From an uncultured Ignavibacteriaceae bacterium (GTDB lineage Bacteria; Bacteroidota; Ignavibacteria; UBA10030), in assembly GCA_964602055.1 (NCBI GenBank), contig CAZRPU010000004.1, positions 12,902 through 76,901 of the forward strand: DNA of 64,000 nt. Direction: 5' to 3'. The notes beneath the pieces were generated by a model, which searched no databases, was not told where the DNA came from, and saw only the letters and a program-made list of their open reading frames with translations. Positions 17,830 to 27,171 of this stretch are shown here, piece by piece. Both the position numbers and the translations under genes were made by a program. The first letter of the stretch is position 1, and every line of letters starts with the position of its first letter.

Positions 17830-18873
17830 ATGGCTCTTGTCCCGGCACTTCGCATCGGATGGAAAAAGGTCAATCAAACGAAACGTATGGTGCTCTTCGC
17901 CTGGCTCGTGAACGTCACCTTATCTCTCACCCTGGCGGTTCCCCTCCTGCTCCAGCTCAATAGTGCTGTCCGCGGCACTGTGTTGGAAGATCAGCTTCTG
18001 GAGCGCGTTGACACCAACTGGTTCCAGACGTTCAAAAGCGAGAATCAAGCCAGCGACGTTGTCCGATACTTTGATTATTCCATCTTCGGTTATGCCCCCT
18101 TCCTGACGCATTATGAATCGTATCTGACAGGGACCGTTGTCAAGAATATCGGCAACTTCTTCTTTGACCTTTTCTTCAAGTGGAGGCTCGGACTTGAATA
18201 TCTGAGCATCCTGACCGTTCTGGCATTCGTCTCTGTTCTCTCCTCGACCTTCCTGGCGGCTGGATTCGTCGGTGCGTACGCGAAAGGCTACAGGGTTTCT
18301 TTCCAGGAATTCCTCATGGACGGGGGAAAATTCTTCGGCAAGTTCTTCCGGCTCTCTCTCCTCTCGCTCATCGTGTATGTCCTGCTGTTCGAAATACTGT
18401 TCGACTGGTGGTCCGGAAGCATCCCGGTCTGGACGGCATCGGAGCGGTCGGAGATGACGCCGTTTGTTCTGTATATGATCCGGAACGGCGCTGCCGTACT
18501 TGTGCTTGGCTTCGTTGCTCTCTGTTTCGATTATGCAAAAATACGCATGGTGGTTGACGACCGGATGAGCGCTCTTTTTGCCTCGTGGGCCGGCGTGACC
18601 TTTGTCTTCAAGCATTTCTTTTCAACGTCGGGTCTGTATATCTTCCTCAGTCTCGTTGGCGTCGTACTCATTGTTGCGTATGCCCTTATCGAAGGGGCTA
18701 TTGCGCAAACAGGCTATTGGTCCATTCTGCTGGTCTTTCTGATCCAGCAACTCTACATCCTTGCGAGGCTGTGCCTCAAGGCAACCTTCTACGCAGCCCA
18801 AACGCAGCTATACCAGGCCAAGGCATCTCTCGAGCATCCCGGCGATATCCTTGCCGGCCGCTCCGCCGCGTAG
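17830..18873 (+). CDS. Polytopic membrane protein of unknown function
   Basis: 347 aa with several hydrophobic helices (for example LFAWLVNVTLSLTLAVPLLLQL and LSLLSLIVYVLLFEILF). It starts 36 nt after the M1 peptidase gene. No motif was recognised. Confidence 0.5.
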   Translation: MALVPALRIGWKKVNQTKRMVLFAWLVNVTLSLTLAVPLLLQLNSAVRGTVLEDQLLERVDTNWFQTFKSENQASDVVRYFDYSIFGYAPFLTHYESYLTGTVVKNIGNFFFDLFFKWRLGLEYLSILTVLAFVSVLSSTFLAAGFVGAYAKGYRVSFQEFLMDGGKFFGKFFRLSLLSLIVYVLLFEILFDWWSGSIPVWTASERSEMTPFVLYMIRNGAAVLVLGFVALCFDYAKIRMVVDDRMSALFASWAGVTFVFKHFFSTSGLYIFLSLVGVVLIVAYALIEGAIAQTGYWSILLVFLIQQLYILARLCLKATFYAAQTQLYQAKASLEHPGDILAGRSAA

Positions 18874-19000
18874 ACCACTCTCATCTTCCGTTTACAAAAA
18901 GGAGTCGCCATGCGACAACGCATCGTTATCACCATTTTGCTGGCTCTCGGCAATCCATATCAAACAGAAAAGTGACTCCGCAAAGCAGGACAGCACGTTC

Positions 19001-21094
19001 GTGAAACACGCGACCCTCATCATGTCTTTCCTCTGGCTTTGGTGCGTCTCTCCCGCTTTGGCGCAGGAGCCAGCCCCGGTGGATTCGATTCCCACGGTGG
19101 AATTGGAAGAAGTGGTCATTACGGCATCGCGCGGCGGCGGGGATATTCTCAAGCTTCCCATGGCGATCGGCACGGTCGGACCTCAGGAACTGACCTCCGG
19201 CAGAAGGATGGGACTTGCCGATGCCCTCGGATCAATCCCCGGAGTCCTGGTTCAAAGCCGTGCAGGAGCTTCGGATGTACGTATGACCATTCGAGGCTTT
19301 GGAGCACGGGGCAACGGGGAACGCTCCAATGCCGCCACCGTCCGCGGCATCAAAGTGCTGATCGACGGGATTCCCGAAACCGATCCTGACGGCCGGACTT
19401 CACTCGATCTCGTCGACCTTTCTTCCGTGAAGCGTATCGAAGTGATAAAGACAAACGCTTCAACGCTTTTCGGCAATGCCTCCGGAGGGGTTGTCAATAT
19501 CGAGACCTTCGGCCGGGCACAGGTGCCCCTGGTGTCGACCGATAACACGTTCGGGAGCTATGGTCTGCGCAGAAATAGCCTGTCCGTTGCAGCCCCTCTC
19601 GGAAATGGTTCACTCTCTGCTTCCCTTTCGAACGCCTCGTATGCAGGGTGGAGGGAGAATGCCGGATCTTTTTCGACGCAGGCCCATACCGGACTCATGG
19701 CCCAGCTGTCTCCGTCGGTGAAGCTCCGTCTCATGGCCTCGGCGGCCTCCAATTCGTTTTCGATTCCAGGCCCCCTGACCTTCCGGGAATTTCATGATTC
19801 CCCCTCCATGGCAAACCCTGCTTATGCGGCCAGACGAGAACGAAGAGCAAACCGCCTTGCCCGCTTTGCAGCGGGGCTGACAGCTTCGCTCACTCCTTCC
19901 CAGTCGCTCGACCTGTTGGTGTATGCGACACCGAAGGAGCTGCGCCGCTCCGAGCGGAATACGTACAGGGAGTTCTATCGGCTTCACGCCGGGTTTGGCG
20001 CTGTCTATAACATTCAGCCGGACGCGGTGTTCTTCAAACGAATAACCGCCGGCATCGACGGAGCCTATCAGGACGGGGCCATTCTCTTCTATAATCTTGC
20101 GGGCGGAGAGAGAGGCACAACGCTCATGACCAACAAAAAGGAAGCCTCTGTAACCCTCGGAACGTTCCTCGAGGGGGAGGTTCCTCTGACACCCTCACTT
20201 GCCCTCGTCGTCGGCGCCCGATTCGACCGCCAGATGTATTCCAGCGGCGAATTGCCCTCCACCGTGAGCAGCGGCACGCCGATCGAGAGACTCGTGCTGA
20301 GTCATGTGACGCCGAAGGTCTCCTTACTGCAGCTGCTTTCGGAACATCATTCGGTGTACGCCACCGTCAGCGGCGGGATCGAAGCACCGGCCTTTAATGA
20401 AGTCGACCCGCCCCCCACGCTTCCCAATGTTGCTTTGAATCCGCTTTTGAAACCGATGACATCCACCACCATCGAAGTCGGGGCAAAGGGGTTCTTTTTC
20501 CCCGAGGCTTCGAACCCCATCACCGCTGTGTCCTATTCTGTCGCTCTCTACCGGATTTCGATTCGCAACGAAATAGTTCCTTATAACGGCGGCGCATGGT
20601 ATTTTTCCGCTGGTGCATCCGAGCGTTACGGACTCGAAGCGGGGAGTCAGATCGATCTCCGAGGCGGGTTCTCAATGAGTTCAAGCGTTACCGTGCTCCA
20701 TTCATCCTACTCGGAGTACATGAATGACGCGGGGAATTATTCCGGCAAGAAGGTCCCAGGAATTCCGCCGCTCGCGTTCAGTGTGCGGGCAAGCTATGCA
20801 GCTCCGTTCGGCATCCGCTTCATGGTGAGGGGGGAGCACGTCAATCGTTATCATGTTGATGATGCGAACACACTGCTCGTTCCGTCGTCGACACTCTGGT
20901 CTTCATCCCTCTCAACCGCCGCGTCGTGGCCGCCTCTGGTGTTCAGGTTTTCCGTCGGACTCAATAATCTTGCCAACCGTCCCCATGTGGCCTCTGCTTA
21001 CATCAATCCTGCCGCTGGACCCGATCCTGCGTATCTCGAACCCGGCCTCCCGCGCAATTTCTTTGCAAACATCGACGCCGCCATCTCTCTGTAG
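19001..21094 (+). CDS. TonB-dependent outer-membrane receptor
   Basis: It has a signal peptide ending in ALA-QE, a TonB-box/plug region (VELEEVVITASRGGGDILKLP...RGFGARGN...IKVLIDGIP), and a long beta-barrel region. The start is either the GTG at 19001 or the ATG at 19022. The upstream part of the ORF-track call (18761) overlaps the previous gene and is not protein-like. Confidence 0.8.
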   Translation: MKHATLIMSFLWLWCVSPALAQEPAPVDSIPTVELEEVVITASRGGGDILKLPMAIGTVGPQELTSGRRMGLADALGSIPGVLVQSRAGASDVRMTIRGFGARGNGERSNAATVRGIKVLIDGIPETDPDGRTSLDLVDLSSVKRIEVIKTNASTLFGNASGGVVNIETFGRAQVPLVSTDNTFGSYGLRRNSLSVAAPLGNGSLSASLSNASYAGWRENAGSFSTQAHTGLMAQLSPSVKLRLMASAASNSFSIPGPLTFREFHDSPSMANPAYAARRERRANRLARFAAGLTASLTPSQSLDLLVYATPKELRRSERNTYREFYRLHAGFGAVYNIQPDAVFFKRITAGIDGAYQDGAILFYNLAGGERGTTLMTNKKEASVTLGTFLEGEVPLTPSLALVVGARFDRQMYSSGELPSTVSSGTPIERLVLSHVTPKVSLLQLLSEHHSVYATVSGGIEAPAFNEVDPPPTLPNVALNPLLKPMTSTTIEVGAKGFFFPEASNPITAVSYSVALYRISIRNEIVPYNGGAWYFSAGASERYGLEAGSQIDLRGGFSMSSSVTVLHSSYSEYMNDAGNYSGKKVPGIPPLAFSVRASYAAPFGIRFMVRGEHVNRYHVDDANTLLVPSSTLWSSSLSTAASWPPLVFRFSVGLNNLANRPHVASAYINPAAGPDPAYLEPGLPRNFFANIDAAISL

Positions 21095-21207
21095 CGGCTG
21101 TGGATATTCCGTAGGGTACTATCCGATTGAGGTTGGGAGGTTTTTTGCCTATCTTGGTTGCCGTTTTGAATCCTCCCACACGCATACACCGTCGCAGCAG
21201 AGCATCA

Positions 21208-22032
21208 ATGTTCAGAATCCCGCATCTTCGGGCGATTGTGTGTTTTCTTGGTTTTCTGACCGCAACGTATTCGGCGCCTGCACAGCAGGAGCAGCAGGTC
21301 AATTTGGGGGCTTTTTACCCCGGTGAATGGCTTCGATACAAAGTGAAATGGCTGTTTTTCCGGCTGGGTACGATTACCGTCGTTACAGACACGATACCGG
21401 ATAACCCGGCCCGGTTCAAAGTCACGCTCACCTTGGATTCGAATCCTGACATCTTTTTTATCAGCATACACAGCCATTATGAAGGGATCGTCGGGCTTCA
21501 GCCTGTTCGCTGCGAGTCCTTCGTTGGCCGCGAGCGGCAAGGGGACGACACGCTGTTGACAACATACACGTTCATCGATTCACTGCGAAGAGTTGTCATG
21601 GAACAGAGATTACTGCCGGCCGATACCCTGATCAAGAGCGTTACGCGAGACACGGTGGACCGGTTCTTTGACGGAGCATCGCTCTTCTTCTTTGCACGCA
21701 CCCTTGCCCATATCAACGGGCACTATCGTGCCCCCACACTTGTCGATATGGAGATGTTCTCGACGGATATTACCTTTACCGGTACATCGGAAGGAGTGGA
21801 GATAGGAGCCGTGAACGAAGAGATTGATACGCGCGAGCTTTTTGGGAAAGCGAATTTCGAGGGAAAGACCTTCGGCGGGTTCTCCGGACTCTTTCGCGGC
21901 TGGTTCAGCAACGATTATGCCTCGATTCCCATCAAGGCTGAAATGAGCATCTCTCTCGGAACGGTGACCGTTGAACTCGAACAATGGTCCCGGCCATACT
22001 GGAGTCCGCCCCGCGTCCTGAGGAACAAATGA
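21208..22032 (+). CDS. DUF3108-like secreted protein
   Basis: The start was chosen at the ATG at 21208, giving the signal peptide MFRIPHLRAIVCFLGFLTATYSAPAQ. It has GEWLRYKVKWLFFRLGTITV, typical of DUF3108. Confidence 0.5.
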   Translation: MFRIPHLRAIVCFLGFLTATYSAPAQQEQQVNLGAFYPGEWLRYKVKWLFFRLGTITVVTDTIPDNPARFKVTLTLDSNPDIFFISIHSHYEGIVGLQPVRCESFVGRERQGDDTLLTTYTFIDSLRRVVMEQRLLPADTLIKSVTRDTVDRFFDGASLFFFARTLAHINGHYRAPTLVDMEMFSTDITFTGTSEGVEIGAVNEEIDTRELFGKANFEGKTFGGFSGLFRGWFSNDYASIPIKAEMSISLGTVTVELEQWSRPYWSPPRVLRNK

Positions 22033-23042
22033 CACAACCGACGACGATCTTCGTTACCGGCTCGACAGGTTTCATTGGCACAAAGCTTGTCAACGCCCTT
22101 GTGAATAAGGGACACACTGTTCATGCTCTGTCGCGCGCCGCCAGCAACCGCGGGGGCCTCGCGCACGAACGGATCCGCTTTGTCCAGGGCGACCTGCTTG
22201 ACGGCGATTCGCTTCGCAAAGGGATGGAAGGCTGTACGCAAGTGTATCATCTCGCTGCCTACGCGAAAAACTGGTCACGAGACCGTTCCGTGTTCTTCAC
22301 CCAGAATGTCGGCGGCATGAAGAATGTTTTCGATGCAGCCCGTTCCGTCGGCGTCAAGCGCATCGTTTTCACATCGACCATCGTGACTTTCGGGCCAAGG
22401 CCTCCTGGGGTGGTGGGAGATGAATCAATGCCGCGTACCACGTCCCGCTATTTTACGGAATATGAAGAGAGCAAGTCCGTCGCAGAGCAGGAGGCGCTCC
22501 TCTCTGCAAAGGAAGGGAATCCCGTGGTCATCGTCAATCCCACCAGGGTGTACGGCCCCGGCAAGCTTACAGAGGGAAATTCGGTTTCGCTCATGATCGA
22601 TCTGTACGACCGCGGAAAGGTCCCCGTATTGCTCAATGGCGGAGTCAATGTGGGGAATTATGTTCTCGTGGACGACCTTGTGCGCGGCCACATTCTTGCG
22701 ATGGAACGGGGAAAGGTCGGTGAACGCTACATTCTCGGCGGGGAGAATTCCTCCCTCAAGCACATCTTCGAGCTTGTGGATGAGGTCAGCGGCAAGAAAC
22801 ATTTTCAGTTCAACCTGCCGCCGCGCCTTGCAATGCTGTATGGATCGATCGAGCAGAAAAAAGCGGAATGGCTTCGGCTGTATCCGCAGATAACTCCCGG
22901 TTGGGTTGAGACGTTTCTTCAGGATTGGGCCTATACTTGCGCCAAAGCAGAACGCGAGCTTGGCTATACGATCACGCCCTTACGCGAAGGGATTCGGATG
23001 ACCTACGAGTGGTTGATGAGTCTGCGAAAGAAGAGAGGATGA
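22029..23042 (+). CDS. NAD-dependent epimerase/dehydratase (dihydroflavonol-4-reductase / HpnA-like SDR)
   Basis: An ATGA overlap joins it to the upstream gene. It has the Rossmann motif IFVTGSTGFIGTKLV and the extended-SDR YxxxK region (YEESKSVAE). Confidence 0.8.
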   Translation: MTQPTTIFVTGSTGFIGTKLVNALVNKGHTVHALSRAASNRGGLAHERIRFVQGDLLDGDSLRKGMEGCTQVYHLAAYAKNWSRDRSVFFTQNVGGMKNVFDAARSVGVKRIVFTSTIVTFGPRPPGVVGDESMPRTTSRYFTEYEESKSVAEQEALLSAKEGNPVVIVNPTRVYGPGKLTEGNSVSLMIDLYDRGKVPVLLNGGVNVGNYVLVDDLVRGHILAMERGKVGERYILGGENSSLKHIFELVDEVSGKKHFQFNLPPRLAMLYGSIEQKKAEWLRLYPQITPGWVETFLQDWAYTCAKAERELGYTITPLREGIRMTYEWLMSLRKKRG

Positions 23043-23764
23043 ACAGGTTCGATTCCTCGATATCGCTCGCCGGCCTTTTCAGCGGAGAAAAGCAAAAGCC
23101 CACGCTTATTCTGCTGCTCACGCCCCTTCTCCTCACCATTTTCAAGTATTTTGGTTCGAAGGAATTCTACCTCGGGAGTCTTCAGTCTGTCATTCAATCC
23201 GGAAATCCCGACCTGGCCTCGGCCCTGTACGTCTTTGCGTCGTCCTTCGTTCTTTTTGGCCTTGTCCCCATATTCATCATACGCTTTTTCTTTCACGAGT
23301 CGCTGGCCGACTACGGGATTCAGTTGGGTGATTGGCGCTTTGGCGCAAAAGCAATATTCGTGCTGGGAGTGGTTTTTGCTGTTTCGGCGTTTCCCTCTTC
23401 CCGAATGCCCGCTTTTCTTGAGGAATATCCTGTCTTTCGCGGAGCTGGAGTATCGGGACAGACATTCCTCATGCATGCGCTCTCCTATGCGCTGTTTTAT
23501 ATCGGCTGGGAAATCTATTTCCGCGGGTTCATGCAATTCGGACTGCGCAAATCGCTCGGCGACTGGAACGCCATTTTGGTCCAGGTTCTTGCGTCTTGCC
23601 TGGTTCATATTGGAAAGCCGGCTGAAGAGACCTTCAGTTCCATTCTAGGAGGCCTTGTTTGGGGGATTCTGGCGTTCCGTACGCGTTCCCTTCTGTACGG
23701 GATCGTAACGCATTGGATCCTGGGTGTCTCGCTCGACATTTTTATCGTGTATTTTCCATCATAA
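23039..23764 (+). CDS. CPBP-family (CAAX-type) intramembrane glutamic endopeptidase
   Basis: An ATGA overlap joins it to the upstream gene. It is a multi-pass membrane protein with WEIYFRGF (ExxxR), LVHIGK and IVTHWILGVSLD motifs. Confidence 0.65.
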   Translation: MNRFDSSISLAGLFSGEKQKPTLILLLTPLLLTIFKYFGSKEFYLGSLQSVIQSGNPDLASALYVFASSFVLFGLVPIFIIRFFFHESLADYGIQLGDWRFGAKAIFVLGVVFAVSAFPSSRMPAFLEEYPVFRGAGVSGQTFLMHALSYALFYIGWEIYFRGFMQFGLRKSLGDWNAILVQVLASCLVHIGKPAEETFSSILGGLVWGILAFRTRSLLYGIVTHWILGVSLDIFIVYFPS

Positions 23765-23778
23765 TTTTCCAGAGGCCC

Positions 23779-24723
23779 ATGTTTCTCGGCAGACGGCTTA
23801 TTTTCGGCAAACTTGAACTTCAATTGACCGATGCGCTCATCCTCGTCGCGCTCGCGAGCATTTGCGTCCTGGCGGGCTTGTTCCAGGTCGAAGGATGGGC
23901 AACGTTGATTATCAAAAACTTCGGCGTGGCACTTCTCCTTTTGGGCGCAGCGCTCGCAACTCCCCGCATCCAACATCGCTTCTTCCGCTTCCTGGTGCGC
24001 GTCGCCGCCATCACTCTGTCGTATGCCTACCTGTTCGGGGCAGTTGACAAGCTTCAACTCATTTTCCATAACGAGTGGCTCGATTATTATGTCCTCGATT
24101 TCGAGCAATGGCTTTTCGGCGTTCAGCCTACTCTCTGGATTGAAAAATTTACCACTCCCTGGCTTACGGAATGGATGATGTTTTCGTACGTCGTGTACGT
24201 TCCGCTCTACCCATTATTGTGCGGCGTCATCTATTTTACACGGGGCGAGCTTCCCATGGAAGAATACTTCTTCACGCTCGGCCTTACGAACATCCTGTGC
24301 GACATTGGCTTCATCCTCTTTCCCGTTGCAAGTCCGATGTATTACATCAAGGAGTTGTACACGGTTCCACTGGACGGATACCTTTTCACGTACCTCGGCG
24401 AACTCATGCGTTCCTATCTGCATTTTGCCGGCGGATCAATTCCCAGCCCCCATGCGGCGGCGGCAACCATCATGTGGGTAATGGCCTATCGCTATCACAG
24501 ACCTTCGTTCTGGCTTATGACGCCGGTGGTCCTTTCCCTCTACGTGTCGACATTTTATGGACGCTATCACTACCTGACCGATGCCGTGGTGGGCGTGCTC
24601 GTGGCAGTTCTGGCGCTGGCGCTGGCGCCGGTCCTCATGCGCGCGTGGGATCGCCTGATCGAACGGGGAACCCTGAGAATGATGTTCGTCAAAACGCGGG
24701 TCGAAGAACCGGCACGCGAGTGA
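23779..24723 (+). CDS. PAP2-superfamily membrane protein (lipid phosphatase or phosphotransferase-like)
   Basis: The start was chosen at the ATG at 23779. It is a polytopic protein with C-terminal PSPHAAAA...GRYHYLTDAVVG, which resembles the PAP2 C2/C3 motifs (PSGH, RxxxxxHxxxD). Confidence 0.5.
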   Translation: MFLGRRLIFGKLELQLTDALILVALASICVLAGLFQVEGWATLIIKNFGVALLLLGAALATPRIQHRFFRFLVRVAAITLSYAYLFGAVDKLQLIFHNEWLDYYVLDFEQWLFGVQPTLWIEKFTTPWLTEWMMFSYVVYVPLYPLLCGVIYFTRGELPMEEYFFTLGLTNILCDIGFILFPVASPMYYIKELYTVPLDGYLFTYLGELMRSYLHFAGGSIPSPHAAAATIMWVMAYRYHRPSFWLMTPVVLSLYVSTFYGRYHYLTDAVVGVLVAVLALALAPVLMRAWDRLIERGTLRMMFVKTRVEEPARE

Positions 24724-24812
24724 TCTCTTTCCTTGCTTTTCCTGGCCAAAACAGCTATCATGGCGACGATAACGCAGCGCGTTTCTGACCCGTCTCATTT
24801 CTTCCCGTCTCT

Positions 24813-25403
24813 ATGACTGTCCTCGATCGGTTTCTTCTCTTGCTCTCCTCGCCGGACGATGCGACGTTTGACTTGTACGATTCCCCGCACATCGGGCAGG
24901 CAACACTCATCGTGACGGGCTATGCCTTTCTTGCATCCTTCAATTCTTTCCTTTCTGCAAGCATCAAAGCCGATAGTTTCGCATTTAGCGTTATTGCCTT
25001 TCTGGGCGCCTTTTTGACGACTTATCTGACCTGGGTCTTCCTTACGATTCTTTTTCATGTTGCCGCAGAACTGTGGGGGAGCCTGGGGGAAATCATGAAT
25101 GCCGCTGCCTTTGTCGGCATGGCCGCCGCTCCGCTTGTGCTCACTTCGGTCGGCTCGATTCTGCTGACCATTTTCGGCCCAGCCTTCATCGAGGACGACA
25201 CGGAGCTCCTTCTTCCCAAGATTCATTTGGGGCTTTCCTTGTTGGGAATGTCCTGGGGATGGCCCGGCATTCTCTGCTATTTCGGGCTCAAAAACGCCGT
25301 CCGTCTTCATCCGGCGAAAGCAGCGACCATCACGTTGCTGGTCTTCCTGGCCGGGGCTGCCTTCGAGATTTATTCTTCCAACGCATTTCTGGAGCCTTGG
25401 TAA
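24813..25403 (+). CDS. Yip1-domain membrane protein
   Basis: 196 aa with five hydrophobic helices after a short soluble N-terminus. The assignment rests on overall architecture only. Confidence 0.4.
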   Translation: MTVLDRFLLLLSSPDDATFDLYDSPHIGQATLIVTGYAFLASFNSFLSASIKADSFAFSVIAFLGAFLTTYLTWVFLTILFHVAAELWGSLGEIMNAAAFVGMAAAPLVLTSVGSILLTIFGPAFIEDDTELLLPKIHLGLSLLGMSWGWPGILCYFGLKNAVRLHPAKAATITLLVFLAGAAFEIYSSNAFLEPW

Positions 25404-25407
25404 TTCT

Positions 25408-27075
25408 ATGCATCGCATCATTTTCCTCGCCCTCTTGGTGTTATGGTCTTGTCAACCATCGTCCGAGCCCTTTGACATTCTCCTGATCAACGGCACAATT
25501 GTCGACGGTACCGGAAATCCCTGGTACCGGGGCGACGTCGGAATCAGGGGTGACCGCATTGCGGCGGTCGGATCGCTCAAAGGCACTCCCGCAAAGCGCG
25601 TTCTCGACGTTCAGGGGAAGGTCATTGCTCCCGGTTTTATCGACATGCTGGGCCAATCGGAGTTCCGTCTCCTCGTCGACGGGCGAGCCATGAGCAAGAT
25701 TTCACAGGGAATTACGACGGAGGTGACCGGCGAAGGGGGCTCAGCCGCGCCGATGAACTCCCGCACAATCGAGGGAATGAAGGCTTGGAGTGACCGCTAC
25801 AACATCCGCATCGATTGGACCGATCTTGACGGATATTTCCGACGGGTGGAACAATCACGCACGGCAATCAACATCGCAACGTTCGTCGGTGCAACGCAGG
25901 TGAGGGAATATGTGATTGGCCTCGATGACCGGGCACCCACCCCCGAAGAACTTGAACAGATGAAACAGCTCGTCCGAACTGCCATGCAGCAGGGAGCGCT
26001 CGGCGTCAGCACGTCGCTTATCTACGCACCCGCCACATTTGCCAAAACACAGGAACTCATCGAACTTGCTTCAGTCGCCGCGGAATTCGGCGGTCTTTAC
26101 ATTTCGCATATCCGCGACGAAGGGAACAAAGAGCTTGAAGCACTGTACGAAGCTGCGGATATTGCCCGCGCAAACAACATGCCGGTAGAAATCTGGCATC
26201 TTAAGTCGGCCGGCAAACAGAATTGGGGAAAAATGGCCTCCGTCGTCAACCTCATTAACCGGCACCGCGAGCAGGGAATCGACATGACGGCCGATGTGTA
26301 TCCCTATCCTGCCAGCGCGACGAGTCTGAGCTCCCGTATTCCATCATGGGCTCACGACGGGGGGGACGCAAAACTCCTGGAGCGGCTTGCCGACGCCGCG
26401 ACACGGAAAAAAATCAAAGATGAAATCCTCGGAATGGCTCCCGGAGCGGATAATGCATTTGCCGCGACGGGCCCCGAGGGTATCCTTATTGCATCAACAT
26501 ATGATGCGAAATTGAAACAGTACGAGGGAAAGCGGTTGAGCGAAGTTGCAAAAGAGTGGCGCAAGCATCCCGTGGATGCCATGATAGATCTTCTTCTTGC
26601 AGATTCCGCCCGAACAGGATGCATTTTCTTCTCGATGCATGAGGAAGATGTCAGGATGGCCATTGCCCAGCCTTGGTCGAGCTTCTGTACCGATGGCGGA
26701 CAATACGCAACAGACGGGCCCCTCAGCACCGGTAAGCCTCATCCGCGGGCGTACGGAACGTTTCCCCGTATTCTTGCCCGCTATGTTCGGGAAGCGAAGC
26801 TTCTCTCTCTCGAGGAAGCAATACGCAAGATGACTTCCCTCCCGGCACAGCGAGTCGGACTCCGAGAACGGGGCATTCTCCAACCCGGTTTTTTTGCCGA
26901 CGTTGTTGTTTTTGATCCCGCTACCGTGATCGACAAAGCGACCTTCGAACATCCGCATCAATACTCAGAAGGAGTTGCCCTTGTGCTCGTGAATGGAGCC
27001 GCTGTGTGGGAAAACGGGGCATTTGCAGGGAATTATCCGGGCCGGGCGTTACGCGGTCCCGGCTATCGCCGCTGA
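25408..27075 (+). CDS. N-acyl-D-amino-acid deacylase (D-aminoacylase) family amidohydrolase, lipoprotein-type signal
   Basis: It has the signal LALLVLWSC. Family motifs include LLINGTIVDGTGNPWYRGDVGIRGDRIAAVG...APGFIDMLGQSE...ISHIRDEG...ADVYPY. Confidence 0.8.
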   Translation: MHRIIFLALLVLWSCQPSSEPFDILLINGTIVDGTGNPWYRGDVGIRGDRIAAVGSLKGTPAKRVLDVQGKVIAPGFIDMLGQSEFRLLVDGRAMSKISQGITTEVTGEGGSAAPMNSRTIEGMKAWSDRYNIRIDWTDLDGYFRRVEQSRTAINIATFVGATQVREYVIGLDDRAPTPEELEQMKQLVRTAMQQGALGVSTSLIYAPATFAKTQELIELASVAAEFGGLYISHIRDEGNKELEALYEAADIARANNMPVEIWHLKSAGKQNWGKMASVVNLINRHREQGIDMTADVYPYPASATSLSSRIPSWAHDGGDAKLLERLADAATRKKIKDEILGMAPGADNAFAATGPEGILIASTYDAKLKQYEGKRLSEVAKEWRKHPVDAMIDLLLADSARTGCIFFSMHEEDVRMAIAQPWSSFCTDGGQYATDGPLSTGKPHPRAYGTFPRILARYVREAKLLSLEEAIRKMTSLPAQRVGLRERGILQPGFFADVVVFDPATVIDKATFEHPHQYSEGVALVLVNGAAVWENGAFAGNYPGRALRGPGYRR

Positions 27076-27171
27076 ACCGCAAGGATTTTTTCCGAATTTC
27101 CTGTTTACCTTTTTTGCCTTTCGACGATTAACCGAAAACCGAATCATTCCCGACAAAGGAAAGGACTTCCC

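Noticed and set aside
23044-23060. GGTTCGATTCC, a tRNA T-loop-like motif. A similar GGATTCGATTCCC occurs near 19081.
   Set aside because: The flanking bases do not form a 5-bp T-stem or an acceptor stem. Both motifs lie inside well-supported coding frames.
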